Below, piece by piece: positions 39,439-48,251 of a DNA stretch of 64,000 nt. The DNA is taken from contig JBMFSQ010000002.1 of assembly GCA_049967475.1 (NCBI GenBank), positions 32,001 to 96,000 of the forward strand, given 5' to 3'. The notes under the pieces were generated by a model. The model was given only the letters and a program-made list of their open reading frames with translations, was not told the origin of the DNA and ran no database searches. The translations under genes and the position numbers were made by a program. The stretch's first letter is position 1. Each line of letters starts with the position of its first letter. The stretch is from Chthonomonadales bacterium (GTDB lineage Bacteria > Armatimonadota > Chthonomonadetes > Chthonomonadales > CAJBBX01).

Positions 39439-42150
39439 TCAGGCGTCAATGGGCGCCATCTCCGCCCAGTTCGGGCCAACCTTGGCATCCACTCTCAAGC
39501 GTACTGCCAGCGGATAGGCGTTCTCCATCAGCCTTATGACCTCGGCGGCCACGGATCGTGCATCCGCCTGAGGAACCGCCAACACCAGTTCATCGTGCAC
39601 CTGCAAAAGGAGTGCGCATGAACCGGCGGATTGCTCCAGGTACCGGTGTACCTCAATCATGGCAAGCTTCATGATATCCGCCGCCGTTCCCTGAACCGGC
39701 ATATTCACGGCTGCCCGCTCCGCCCGCTGGCGGATGTTGAAGTTTCCGCTGTTGATTTCCGGAAGGTACCTGCGCCGCCCCATCAGCGTTTGAACGTAGC
39801 CCTGGGTTCGCGCCGCCTCCAACACTTGCTCCTTGTATTGGAGCACGCCCGGGAATTTGGAGAAATAGTCCTTGATGAAGGCCGACGCCTCCTGGTTGGG
39901 GATGCCCAGCGTCGTTGCCAAACCAAAGTCACTTTGACCGTAGATGACTGCGAAATTGACCGTCTTGGCGCGGCGCCGCATCTCAGGCGTCACTTGGTCC
40001 GCCGGCACATTGAAAAGCTTCATAGCCGTTGCCGTGTGAATATCCTCGTCGGCGGCAAAGGCCCGCATCAGCTCTGCATCTCTCGTGATGTGCGCAAAGA
40101 TCCTGAGCTCGATCTGTGAGTAGTCGCATGAGAGCAGAACCTGCCCTGGCGGGGCGATGAATGCCTTCCGGATTTCGCGGCCGATCTCTGAGCGAACGGG
40201 AATGTTCTGCAGGTTCGGATCGCTGGACGAAAGACGCCCTGTGGCGGTACCGGTCTGGTTGAAGGATGTATGAAGGCGCCCGGTAGCCGGATGGATCAAT
40301 TTCGGCAGCGCATCCGCATAGGTGGATTTGAGCTTCGAGAGCTCGCGGTATTCCAGGATGCGCGCGCAGATCTCATGATCCTGAGCCAGGACTTCCAGGA
40401 GATCGGCGCTGGTGGAATACCCCGTGGCCGTCTTCTTGCCTGCCGGGAGTTTGAGCTTTTCGAACAGGATCTGCTGAAGTTGGCGGGTAGAACCGATATT
40501 GAACTCCTCCCCCGCCAACTCATAAATGCGCGCCGCCACGCGCTGGACTTCCCGGCCCAACCGATCCGACAGGATACCGAGCCACTCGCGATCCACCGGA
40601 ACTCCCGTGCGCTCCATTCGCGCCAGCACTGGGATAAGCGGCGTCTCGGCGCGAGCCATAATCTCCGCCAGCCCCAGGGCGTCGAGCTTCTGCTGCAATG
40701 GTTTCCATAGAGCCAAAGCGAGCGCCGCCTCGCGGGCCGCTGAGCGTTCTGCAGAGGCTTCCTCCGGAGCGTCCAGACGGACGCCCATGTGTTCCGCTGC
40801 GACGTCCTCCAACGCATAGCCGCTGCGGCCAGGCGCCAGGAGATAAGCCGCTACCATCGTGTCGAAGGCCCAGTCACCCACCCGCAGCCCCCGCCACTCC
40901 AGCGCCACCTGGTGCTTCTTGGCATCGTGGGCCACTCTGGACACGCTGCCGTCCTGGAACAGGGGAGCAAAAGCTTCCAGGTTCGCTTCGAATTCACCGC
41001 TGCCCAGGCGCTCCTGGCCTTCGCGCTGCTCCCCGCACACTCGCGTATAATAGGCAATCCCTTCCTCAAACGAAACGGCAATCCCCAAAAGGGTGGCTTC
41101 CGTGGGGCGCCGACCGTCTGTATGGAGGGCCACGGCAACCGCACCGGCGCGGGTCGCCGCATCCAGGGCAGCCCTCAACTCCTCCTCGCTTTGCACCATG
41201 CGCATATCCACAACGAAGGAGGTGCGTTCGCCTTCAGGCTCAGGGCCTGTGTCCGTAGGCTGAGGGATGCGCCGCAAAAGGCTTCGAAATTCGAGCTCCT
41301 CAAATACCGCGCGGGCGCGGGCCCACGTGTCGGCAGTGGGGTTGTAGGGCACAATCGCCGGCGGGATAGGCGCATCGCAGCGTATCGTGGCCAACGCTTT
41401 GGAAGCCCGAGCCTGTTCCGCGTACGCCGAAAGGCTCTCACGAACCCGACCCATGCGTTTTTCCGCAGGCAGTTCGTGCAGATGCTCAAGAAGGTTCTCC
41501 AAGGATCCGTAACGGGCGAGAAGCTCCGAAGCGGTCTTTTCTCCCACGCCCGGCACCCCCGGGATGTTGTCTGACGCATCGCCCACGAGAGCCTTGAAGT
41601 CCGGGATGCGTTCCGGAGGGATGCCGTACCGCTTGCGGACGGCTTCCTCATCATAAGCGGCCAGGTCCGACACTCCCTTCCGCGTCATCCAAACCGTCAC
41701 GCCATCCCCTACAAGCTGGAGCTGATCGGAGTCCCCGGTAACGATCACCACCTCGTACCCTTCACGCCGGCCCTGGCGCGCAAGCGCTCCGATAAGGTCG
41801 TCGGCCTCGTACCCCGGCACCTCCACGGAAGCGATGCCGAGGGCCTCCACCACACGCCGGGCGATGGGAAGCTGCTCTTTAAGATCCGGCCCTGCTTCGG
41901 GACGGTGGGCTTTGTATTCGGCGAACGTTTCGTGGCGGAATGTGGGGCCGGGGGCATCCCAAGCCACGTAGAGTGCCTCGGGCTTTTCTTGGGCGATGAT
42001 GCTGAGCAGTCCCTGTGTGAAGCCATACACCGCTCCCGTGGGGACGCCGTTAGCGGTGGAAAGGTACGGTCCCGGCGCGAAGAAGGCGCGAAAGAGAAGG
42101 CTGTAGCCGTCTACAAGGAACAGTCGAGGTTTGGAAGCCGGCGCGTCCAT
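39439..42150 (-). CDS. polA: DNA polymerase I
   Basis: 5'-3' exo (VDGYSLLFRAF, EADD, GDASDNIPGV) and polymerase motifs (TGRLSS, DYSQIELR, QVHDEL). The 3'-5' exo motif I looks degenerate. ATG 42150 has a GGAGG RBS. Confidence 0.97.
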   Translation of the reverse strand: MDAPASKPRLFLVDGYSLLFRAFFAPGPYLSTANGVPTGAVYGFTQGLLSIIAQEKPEALYVAWDAPGPTFRHETFAEYKAHRPEAGPDLKEQLPIARRVVEALGIASVEVPGYEADDLIGALARQGRREGYEVVIVTGDSDQLQLVGDGVTVWMTRKGVSDLAAYDEEAVRKRYGIPPERIPDFKALVGDASDNIPGVPGVGEKTASELLARYGSLENLLEHLHELPAEKRMGRVRESLSAYAEQARASKALATIRCDAPIPPAIVPYNPTADTWARARAVFEELEFRSLLRRIPQPTDTGPEPEGERTSFVVDMRMVQSEEELRAALDAATRAGAVAVALHTDGRRPTEATLLGIAVSFEEGIAYYTRVCGEQREGQERLGSGEFEANLEAFAPLFQDGSVSRVAHDAKKHQVALEWRGLRVGDWAFDTMVAAYLLAPGRSGYALEDVAAEHMGVRLDAPEEASAERSAAREAALALALWKPLQQKLDALGLAEIMARAETPLIPVLARMERTGVPVDREWLGILSDRLGREVQRVAARIYELAGEEFNIGSTRQLQQILFEKLKLPAGKKTATGYSTSADLLEVLAQDHEICARILEYRELSKLKSTYADALPKLIHPATGRLHTSFNQTGTATGRLSSSDPNLQNIPVRSEIGREIRKAFIAPPGQVLLSCDYSQIELRIFAHITRDAELMRAFAADEDIHTATAMKLFNVPADQVTPEMRRRAKTVNFAVIYGQSDFGLATTLGIPNQEASAFIKDYFSKFPGVLQYKEQVLEAARTQGYVQTLMGRRRYLPEINSGNFNIRQRAERAAVNMPVQGTAADIMKLAMIEVHRYLEQSAGSCALLLQVHDELVLAVPQADARSVAAEVIRLMENAYPLAVRLRVDAKVGPNWAEMAPIDA

Positions 42151-42220
42151 GGCATCCTCCGAACAGACAGGCATCGAGGCGCATTTCGACGGATGGTGCG
42201 CCACCTCCTCTAGCCCCGCA

Positions 42221-42250
42221 TTGACAGGCGCTCCGCTCCTAACCTATAAT
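42221..42250 (+). promoter_or_regulatory. Consensus sigma70 promoter of tRNA-Leu
   Basis: TTGACA-18bp-TATAAT. Confidence 0.8.
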
Positions 42251-42261
42251 AATCGCGACGG

Positions 42262-42344
42262 GCCGGAGTGGTGGAATGGTAGACACGGGTGACTCAAAAT
42301 CACTTGCGGGCAACCGCGTGGGGGTTCGAATCCCTTCTCCGGCA
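42262..42344 (+). tRNA. tRNA-Leu (CAA), CCA not encoded
   Basis: GCCGGAG/CTCCGGC acceptor stem, GGTGA-CT-CAA-AA-TCACT anticodon arm, long variable arm, GGTTCGAATCC T-loop. Confidence 0.96.
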
Positions 42345-42480
42345 TTGGGGCGTACATCACGGCAGGGTTGAGAACCAAAGCTCACCCGCCCAAACCGCGC
42401 GGGCCGAGCCAAAAATAGAGGCGGAGGCAAAACAGAGCCTTCCGCCATCGGTCCGTTTAACCTGGCTGCCTTCGTGCGGC

Positions 42481-42684
42481 TCAGTATCGCTCTGCGGCTT
42501 TGGCGCGAGCCCGCGCGATCTTGCGCATGGCCGCCTTCAGCTCACGCCGCCTGCGATCACTGGGCTTCTCGTACCGCTCGTGCGCCCGGTACTCCTTGGT
42601 GATGCCGCTGTTCATCACCGCCTTCTTGAAGCGCCTCAGAGCAGAGTCAATCCCCTCGCCGGGCTTCACGACTACCTGGGTCAA
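42481..42684 (-). CDS. rpsU: 30S ribosomal protein S21
   Basis: TTG start; VVVKPGEGIDSALRRFKK...ERYEKPS; GAAAGG RBS. Confidence 0.93.
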   Translation of the reverse strand: MTQVVVKPGEGIDSALRRFKKAVMNSGITKEYRAHERYEKPSDRRRRELKAAMRKIARARAKAAERY

Positions 42685-42733
42685 GTGACATCTTCCTTTC
42701 GACGTAAGGTTCGCTGCCTTTGCCAGCACGTTT

Positions 42734-42763
42734 ATTGTAGCAGATGAGGTTCGTGGTTGTCTA
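42734..42763 (-). promoter_or_regulatory. Probable rpsU promoter
   Basis: TAGACA-18bp-TACAAT with TGn. Confidence 0.55.
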
Positions 42764-42784
42764 CCCGCCGCCTCCTGCTGAAAT

Positions 42785-42952
42785 GCCCCTTGTGCCTCTT
42801 CCATCCCTGCCGTGCGACCGTCAGCCCCGCGCAGAAGGGCGGCGACGCGGATGTCGAATTCTTGAGGCGCGCGGCACCCGGCACGAAGAACGCATCCGCC
42901 GGTAGCGCGAAAAAAGTTTTTTCGACGCCTCCGAAAACCCCTTGACAGCGCA
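42785..42952 (+). repeat. 168-bp direct repeat, copy 1 (contains A6/T6 palindrome and TTGACA -35)
   Basis: Identical by eye to 45873-46040. Contains CGAAAAAAGTTTTTTCG and TTGACA at 42942; a CATAAA -10 follows at 17 bp. Confidence 0.92.
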
Positions 42953-43017
42953 GAGGGAACGTGGCATAAATTAGAATATGCAAGCACTACAGCACATGCA
43001 AAAAGGAGGAGAGGAAC

Positions 43018-43155
43018 GTGAACAGATTGGCAAAGCTCGGCGCCGTTGTCGCCCTAGTGTGTCTGCTTGGCGGCCTCCTTGCTGGGATGGCTGCCAACGC
43101 GGCGAACACATCCGCTGCCGCCGCAACAGTGGCTTGTGAACCACCCAGTGTCTAG
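43018..43155 (+). CDS. 45-aa secreted peptide (Phr-like architecture), not in ORF track
   Basis: Strong AAGGAGGAGAGG RBS and GTG start: MNRLAKLGAVVALVCLLGGLLAGMAANAANTSAAAATVACEPPSV. Confidence 0.65.
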   Translation: MNRLAKLGAVVALVCLLGGLLAGMAANAANTSAAAATVACEPPSV

Positions 43156-43210
43156 ACCGTTTCCCCTGCATGGCGCCACGGAAAAGCAGACCGTAAAACA
43201 CGGAGGCGCG

Positions 43211-43525
43211 TTGATTGTGGCTGGCGTTCTTCTTCTCGGCAGCGTCGTTTCGGCATTCGCCGGGTGCTTGAGCACCTCGCCCGACGGGGCGTCCCATCCT
43301 GCATATTGTAACATGGCCGGCACGTACAATCAATACAGCCCGGCCCAAGAAACCTACTGCGGCTTCAGCCTGAATCCCTGCGCGGGCTGCATCCAAACGA
43401 CCGTACCCCTCCTGCACAAGCAATCGGTGTGGTCGAATCAGGACTGCAGCGGGACCCTCCTATCACAAACCCCGTGGACGAACATCGGGACCGCCACGAC
43501 GGCAACCAATTGCAGTTGCTGCTGA
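43211..43525 (+). CDS. Small cysteine-rich exported protein / lipoprotein (9 Cys)
   Basis: GGAGG then TTG; IVAGVLLLGSVVSAFAGC (possible lipobox); ends TNCSCC. Start uncertain. Confidence 0.65.
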   Translation: MIVAGVLLLGSVVSAFAGCLSTSPDGASHPAYCNMAGTYNQYSPAQETYCGFSLNPCAGCIQTTVPLLHKQSVWSNQDCSGTLLSQTPWTNIGTATTATNCSCC

Positions 43526-43583
43526 ACGCTGGGGAGCCGTGATCCGGATGGGTGCGGCTCCCCACGTGACGGGATGCAAAAAG

Positions 43584-44753
43584 ATGAAGCGCCTGAGGAT
43601 CGCTCTCTGCACAATGTCCGCCTGCATCTGGATTGCAAGCCCTGCGCCGCTCGCCCACGCGGACGACGAGATCACCGCAGTAATGGCCAGGCTGAAGAGC
43701 GCAGATGACTTGATGAAGCAAGGGCGGATCGAGTTCGAGCGCACGACCCTGGACCTAAGGCCCCGGAGGCCCATCGAGGAGCAGATCGCGGAACGCAGAC
43801 GTGACATGGAAAGGCGGGGCGTTCCGAGAGAACAGATCGAAAGGAGCCTGCCGCAACTCCGTCGCGAGGCCGAATTCGATGCGAACACGCGGCAAACAAC
43901 AGCGAAGGAAACGATTGTCTATGCACAGGACGGGCGGTTCCTCCGAGAGACGACTTCCCGACGGGCAAATCAGGAACCGCAAACCATCCAGGAACTCTGG
44001 GACGGCAAAGACGATCTGGTGATCTCTCCGGTTATCAAGGAAGTGTCCATCCTACCGGAGCGACCGTCCGCCCTGAACTCCACAGCCCGAATGATCGGGA
44101 TCTACCCCGGTGCATGCTTCATCCTCGGCCGCGGCTTGTCCGCCCTGGAGAACCTCCACATTCAACGGAAGCCGGGCGGCCTGGTTGTCGAGGGGACGGC
44201 GCCGGACGAATCCCAGGTAGAGGCTGTGATAGACCCTGGGCATGATTACATCGCCACACGGATAGAGCGCCGAGATCGTGCCGGCAAGGTCCTCGCCCGC
44301 GTGCTGTTGGGGCGGCCCGTCCGAGCCCCAGGAGGCTCATGGATCGCGTCCGAGGCGACCTACGAGGCATTCTCCTCCGACGGCCGGCCCATCATCAGGG
44401 AACATTACACGGTTACGAACGCAGACTTCACGGCGCCTGACGACGCCCTCCTCGTCTTCCGTATCCCGCAGGGATGGAAAATCATGGATGCGCGACTGGG
44501 ACGGCCCATCGTGTTCAACAAGACGAAGCCCGGCACCATAACTGCCCAGGACCTTCTGCCTTCGACACTCAAAGAAGCAAAACGACAAGCCGCCCTCGCT
44601 GCCCGCGAACTGGATTACGAACAACAGGAGCGGATGAGGCAATGGGTGTTATGGACGCTTCCGTTCCTTCTCGCCGCAACAATCGGCGCAATCGTCTATG
44701 TGCGCCGTCGAATACCGAGGCGGCATGTGCGGCCGAGTGTGCTCGCGAAATGA
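43584..44753 (+). CDS. Exported beta-rich (LolA-like?) protein with C-terminal TM anchor
   Basis: Signal peptide MKRLRIAL...AHA|DD; C-terminal WVLWTLPFLLAATIGAIVYVRRR. Confidence 0.7.
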   Translation: MKRLRIALCTMSACIWIASPAPLAHADDEITAVMARLKSADDLMKQGRIEFERTTLDLRPRRPIEEQIAERRRDMERRGVPREQIERSLPQLRREAEFDANTRQTTAKETIVYAQDGRFLRETTSRRANQEPQTIQELWDGKDDLVISPVIKEVSILPERPSALNSTARMIGIYPGACFILGRGLSALENLHIQRKPGGLVVEGTAPDESQVEAVIDPGHDYIATRIERRDRAGKVLARVLLGRPVRAPGGSWIASEATYEAFSSDGRPIIREHYTVTNADFTAPDDALLVFRIPQGWKIMDARLGRPIVFNKTKPGTITAQDLLPSTLKEAKRQAALAARELDYEQQERMRQWVLWTLPFLLAATIGAIVYVRRRIPRRHVRPSVLAK

Positions 44754-45235
44754 GGGCTGTGCTCGTTTACCGGCTGCTTGTCGGAGTGGCGCTCTTGCAG
44801 ATCGCGCTGTTCGGCGTGCTGGGCAACGGTTCCTATGGCGATGTCCTTTGTGCCCGACAGGTTCCTGCGCTCCTCTTCGGCAGAAGCCTGCATGTAGGAG
44901 ACAGGATGCCCGGCTTTGTCGCCTATACCGCCGGCGGAACTCGTGTCCGTCCCGCGGAAGGCCATCGCCCGGATCTCTTTATCTTTTATGGTTGTGGATG
45001 TGACAGCGACCGCATACGCGGATGGACCGAGGCAGCCCAAGCGCGGGGAGAGGCCGTCAGCATCTTCACACCCAAACCTCCAGCCGAGCTGGCCTCCCAA
45101 CGCGCTGCGCACAAGATTGCAGTGCCGATATACGCCATCCGTTCGTCCGAGATGCAGACCGTTGTCGGCATACACGCTCTGCCCCTGGCGATCCATGTTT
45201 CGCAGGACGGGACCGTCCTGGCAATCGAGCAATAA
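44750..45235 (+). CDS. Membrane-anchored thioredoxin-fold (TlpA/MauD-like) protein with CxC motif
   Basis: ATGA overlap with the upstream stop; N-terminal TM; LHVGDRMPGF...G, LFIFYGCGC and ALPLAIHVSQDGTV. Confidence 0.65.
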   Translation: MRAVLVYRLLVGVALLQIALFGVLGNGSYGDVLCARQVPALLFGRSLHVGDRMPGFVAYTAGGTRVRPAEGHRPDLFIFYGCGCDSDRIRGWTEAAQARGEAVSIFTPKPPAELASQRAAHKIAVPIYAIRSSEMQTVVGIHALPLAIHVSQDGTVLAIEQ

Positions 45236-45258
45236 GGCGCCGTGGAAGAGGGGCCACG

Positions 45259-45678
45259 ATGCAGAAACCTTTATCTTCTCGCGCTCGCGAAGCCATCTAT
45301 CTGAGCACGTGCCTGTGCCTTGCGGCGGCCCTGGGATATTTCGTAGGGCTCCGCTTCGAGCCTACCGATCTCCCCATCCGCGCTCTGGACAGCTTCGCAT
45401 ACTTCGGCATCGCAGCGGCTTACGCGATTGCGTACTGCGTTTATAGTCCCTACGCTGGCGATCTCGAACCGGCGCACTCCCCCTGGACACGAGCGATTTT
45501 CGGCGGAATTCTGATGATCCTTGCGGCCGACCTCGCCGCATCGTGGGCAAGGCAGGATGTCGTCCTTGTGGTCCTCCCTTCGCTCTTCAGCCTTCCGGGT
45601 GCCGCCATCGGCGCTGCTCTCGCCCTGGCGTATGTTGAGCGGGAGTACCGAAGAGAGGCTCCGGCTGTTTCCCCGTAA
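45259..45678 (+). CDS. Small 4-TM membrane protein
   Basis: ATG 45259 after a purine-rich RBS; four hydrophobic segments. Confidence 0.65.
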   Translation: MQKPLSSRAREAIYLSTCLCLAAALGYFVGLRFEPTDLPIRALDSFAYFGIAAAYAIAYCVYSPYAGDLEPAHSPWTRAIFGGILMILAADLAASWARQDVVLVVLPSLFSLPGAAIGAALALAYVEREYRREAPAVSP

Positions 45679-45872
45679 CGTACTTTCACACCTCTAAGCA
45701 CCTTAGTAGATGCTGCTTGTTCAAGGTTGTCGGCGCTCGGCCTTCCGCGCCGATCAACGGCGATGGAGCCATTTCTCTGCGTCGTGGCCGCCTCCACTCC
45801 TCGCGGCAGTCCTCGGTTCCTACGCCGGAAGCGGGCCGGCCATCGTTCCGCCGGCCATGCTCTCGCGGGAGG

Positions 45873-46040
45873 GCCCCTTGTGCCTCTTCCATCCCTGCCG
45901 TGCGACCGTCAGCCCCGCGCAGAAGGGCGGCGACGCGGATGTCGAATTCTTGAGGCGCGCGGCACCCGGCACGAAGAACGCATCCGCCGGTAGCGCGAAA
46001 AAAGTTTTTTCGACGCCTCCGAAAACCCCTTGACAGCGCA
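45873..46040 (+). repeat. 168-bp direct repeat, copy 2
   Basis: Identical to 42785-42952 (offset 3088). Confidence 0.92.
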
Positions 46041-46116
46041 AACGGAACGTGTTATAGTAGGATCAACCGGTTAAGGTGGATCGGTTCAACAAGATCGGTT
46101 AACGGATTTCGGTTCA
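46030..46116 (+). promoter_or_regulatory. lacI-family promoter followed by four tandem operator-like sites
   Basis: TTGACA-17bp-TATAGT with TGn; CGGTT(A/C)A at 46068, 46082, 46096 and 46110; the first site is the near-palindrome TCAACCGGTTAA. Confidence 0.7.
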
Positions 46117-46129
46117 TCGGAACGAGACC

Positions 46130-47173
46130 ATGGCGGCAACCATCAAAGACGTGGCGGAACTGGCAGGCGTGTCCAAAGCAGCCGTGTCCTACGTACTCAA
46201 CGGGCGCGAAACCTCCATCAAAATCGCTGAGGAAACCCGGCAGCGCATCTTTGCCGCCGCACGCGCCCTCAATTACCATCCCAATGCCGTCGCCCGCGCC
46301 CTCGCTCAAAAGCGCACCGACACCGTTGCCCTGGTAATGCAATTCCCCGCCATCATCTCGGGATGGAGCGGTTTCACTCTCGAGATGATGCGGGGCGCCG
46401 CCGAGGCTGCCGTCCAACTCGGCTACGACCTCATGCTCCACACAAAGGAGCAAACCTCCCTCACCGCTGAAGTCGCCGCCCTCACAGACGGACGCGCAGA
46501 CGGTGCCCTCCTCCTGCGCGATTACGACGATCCCCTCGCCTCCATCCTTACGGACCGCGGCTTCCCGTGCGTGGTGATCTTCGGCCGCAGCCAATTCCCC
46601 AACGTCTGGTACGTGGATTGTGATGACTTCGCCGGCGGCAAGATGGCCACGGAATATCTCATCGGCCTCGGCCACAGGCGCATTCTGCACCTGGCCGGCA
46701 ATCCCCACTCCAGCGCCGCCTCGGACCGCAGGGCCGGATACCGACAAGCCATGGCCGACAACGGCCTGGAGGCGCCTCCCGAATGGGAAATCGAAGTGAC
46801 CTACGCCGGAGCCAGCTACGAACCCGTAGAAGCCGCGTTGTGCGGCCCGAACCCTCCCACCGCCGTATTTGCCTGGTCCGACGAGGTCGCCGTTCGCCTC
46901 ATGACGCTTGCCAGGGGCCTCGGGTTGAGCGTTCCGGAGGATCTTTCGGTCATCGGTTTCGATTCCACCGAACTCTGCAATCACACGAACCCGCCTCTTA
47001 CCAGCGTGCGCCAACCCATCTGTCGGATGGCGGGACACGCCTTCGAACTCCTTGTGCATAAGATCCGCAATGAAGAAGTGGATACCCCACAGGTTGTCTA
47101 TACCCCTGTGCTGGATATCAGAGGCTCCTGTGCCCCGCCGCGCAGCGCCCCATCCCCAACCGAAAGGAGGTGA
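46130..47173 (+). CDS. LacI-family transcriptional regulator
   Basis: TIKDVAELAGVSKAAVSYVLNG, YHPNAVARAL, VPEDLSVIGFD and PPLTSVRQP motifs. Confidence 0.96.
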   Translation: MAATIKDVAELAGVSKAAVSYVLNGRETSIKIAEETRQRIFAAARALNYHPNAVARALAQKRTDTVALVMQFPAIISGWSGFTLEMMRGAAEAAVQLGYDLMLHTKEQTSLTAEVAALTDGRADGALLLRDYDDPLASILTDRGFPCVVIFGRSQFPNVWYVDCDDFAGGKMATEYLIGLGHRRILHLAGNPHSSAASDRRAGYRQAMADNGLEAPPEWEIEVTYAGASYEPVEAALCGPNPPTAVFAWSDEVAVRLMTLARGLGLSVPEDLSVIGFDSTELCNHTNPPLTSVRQPICRMAGHAFELLVHKIRNEEVDTPQVVYTPVLDIRGSCAPPRSAPSPTERR

Positions 47174-47391
47174 TCCGTACGCGTCGAGAACTGGACACTC
47201 GCCTGGTGGCGGCCATCATTGTGCTGATCGTGGTGGTAATCGGCGCAATCGCGTGGTGGCGCTTCGTAGGCCCCACCGGCCCCCAGACAGCGAAGGAAGC
47301 CGGGCTGGGGAAACCCATGCATCCCGGCGAGATACCCGGCCAGCGCGGCCCCATTGGCGCAGGCCCCATGGGAGCACTACCCGGCCGGTAA
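47170..47391 (+). CDS. Small single-TM Pro/Gly-rich protein (DUF1559 partner)
   Basis: GGAGG-TGA coupling with lacI; TM LVAAIIVLIVVVIGAIAWW; ends PGR. Confidence 0.7.
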   Translation: MIRTRRELDTRLVAAIIVLIVVVIGAIAWWRFVGPTGPQTAKEAGLGKPMHPGEIPGQRGPIGAGPMGALPGR

Positions 47392-47439
47392 GCACCACCT
47401 CATGCAAGGCGACTTTGCATCCAAAAGGAGAAGAGTGCA

Positions 47440-48246
47440 ATGAACCGCATCGCCAACATGAAGCCTCGTAACGGCTTCACACTCATCGAGTTGCTCGTGG
47501 TTATCGCGATCATCGCGATCCTGGCAGCCATCCTGTTCCCAGTCTTCGCCCAGGCGCGCGAGTCGGCCCGTGTCATCAGTTGCGTGAGCAATCTCAAGCA
47601 GCTCGGTCTTGCCTTCCGCATGTACAGCCAGGATTACGATGAAACCTTCCCGGAGCGCCGTTTCTGTTTCCCTACGGCCTGCTACGGATCGTGGAAGCAC
47701 GTCACCCAGCCGTACATCAAGAACATCAACATCCTCAAATGCCCCACCAACCCGGCATCGCGCGTACCCGATGAAACCGACGGCACGGTAACGTACCTGC
47801 CTGGAACCCAGGTGATGCCCCGCGGGTACTTTATGTACCATGCCTTCTTTATGAGCGGATCCCCGGTTGGCTCCGGCGACTGGTGGGCAGGGCACAACTA
47901 TTCCGAGGTGAACTTCCCTAACCCTTCCACCTCCATCCTGTTGGGTGAAGAGAAGGATATCTGGGCGGACTACGGACCATGGATGGCCTTCGTGCCCAAC
48001 TGGGGACCTGCAGGCTCCAATTGGGGCGCAAAGCACCGCACCAGCGACCGGGCCGCCAATATCGCCTTCGTGGACGGTCACGCGAAATTCACCAACTGGA
48101 GCGACACGTGCAAGCAGATCAACGGGGACGGTACCAACATGTGGATGTACAATCCCAATACCCTCAGCAACTTTGGCGGCAGTGGAATGGACCTCTCGTG
48201 GCTGGACACCTTCTGCACGACCTTCCGCCAGTACACCGGACCCTAG
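47440..48246 (+). CDS. Prepilin-type N-terminal cleavage/methylation protein (DUF1559-like, H-X9-DG)
   Basis: [54 protein letters not shown]. Confidence 0.92.
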   Translation: MNRIANMKPRNGFTLIELLVVIAIIAILAAILFPVFAQARESARVISCVSNLKQLGLAFRMYSQDYDETFPERRFCFPTACYGSWKHVTQPYIKNINILKCPTNPASRVPDETDGTVTYLPGTQVMPRGYFMYHAFFMSGSPVGSGDWWAGHNYSEVNFPNPSTSILLGEEKDIWADYGPWMAFVPNWGPAGSNWGAKHRTSDRAANIAFVDGHAKFTNWSDTCKQINGDGTNMWMYNPNTLSNFGGSGMDLSWLDTFCTTFRQYTGP

Positions 48247-48251
48247 ATCGA

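Noticed and set aside
42785..42952. IS/MITE identity for the 168-bp repeat
   Set aside because: No terminal inverted repeats or distinct flanking target duplications; only an internal CCCCTTG recurrence near both ends.
42685..42987. N-terminal extension of S21 in the ORF track (168 aa)
   Set aside because: The true start is TTG 42684 with RBS and promoter; the extension runs through promoter and repeat DNA.
43211..43525. Radical-SAM or lanthipeptide RiPP precursor
   Set aside because: No modifying enzyme or peptidase-ABC exporter is nearby, and it has a Sec/lipoprotein-type signal instead of a leader peptide.
42262..46040. tRNA-Leu-integrated genomic island
   Set aside because: No integrase and no duplicated tRNA 3' end were seen; rpsU lies between the tRNA and the repeat-flanked cassette.
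46061..46116. CRISPR-like or iteron array
   Set aside because: Units are only 14 bp with a ~7-bp conserved core, no spacers, no cas or rep genes; an operator array fits better.
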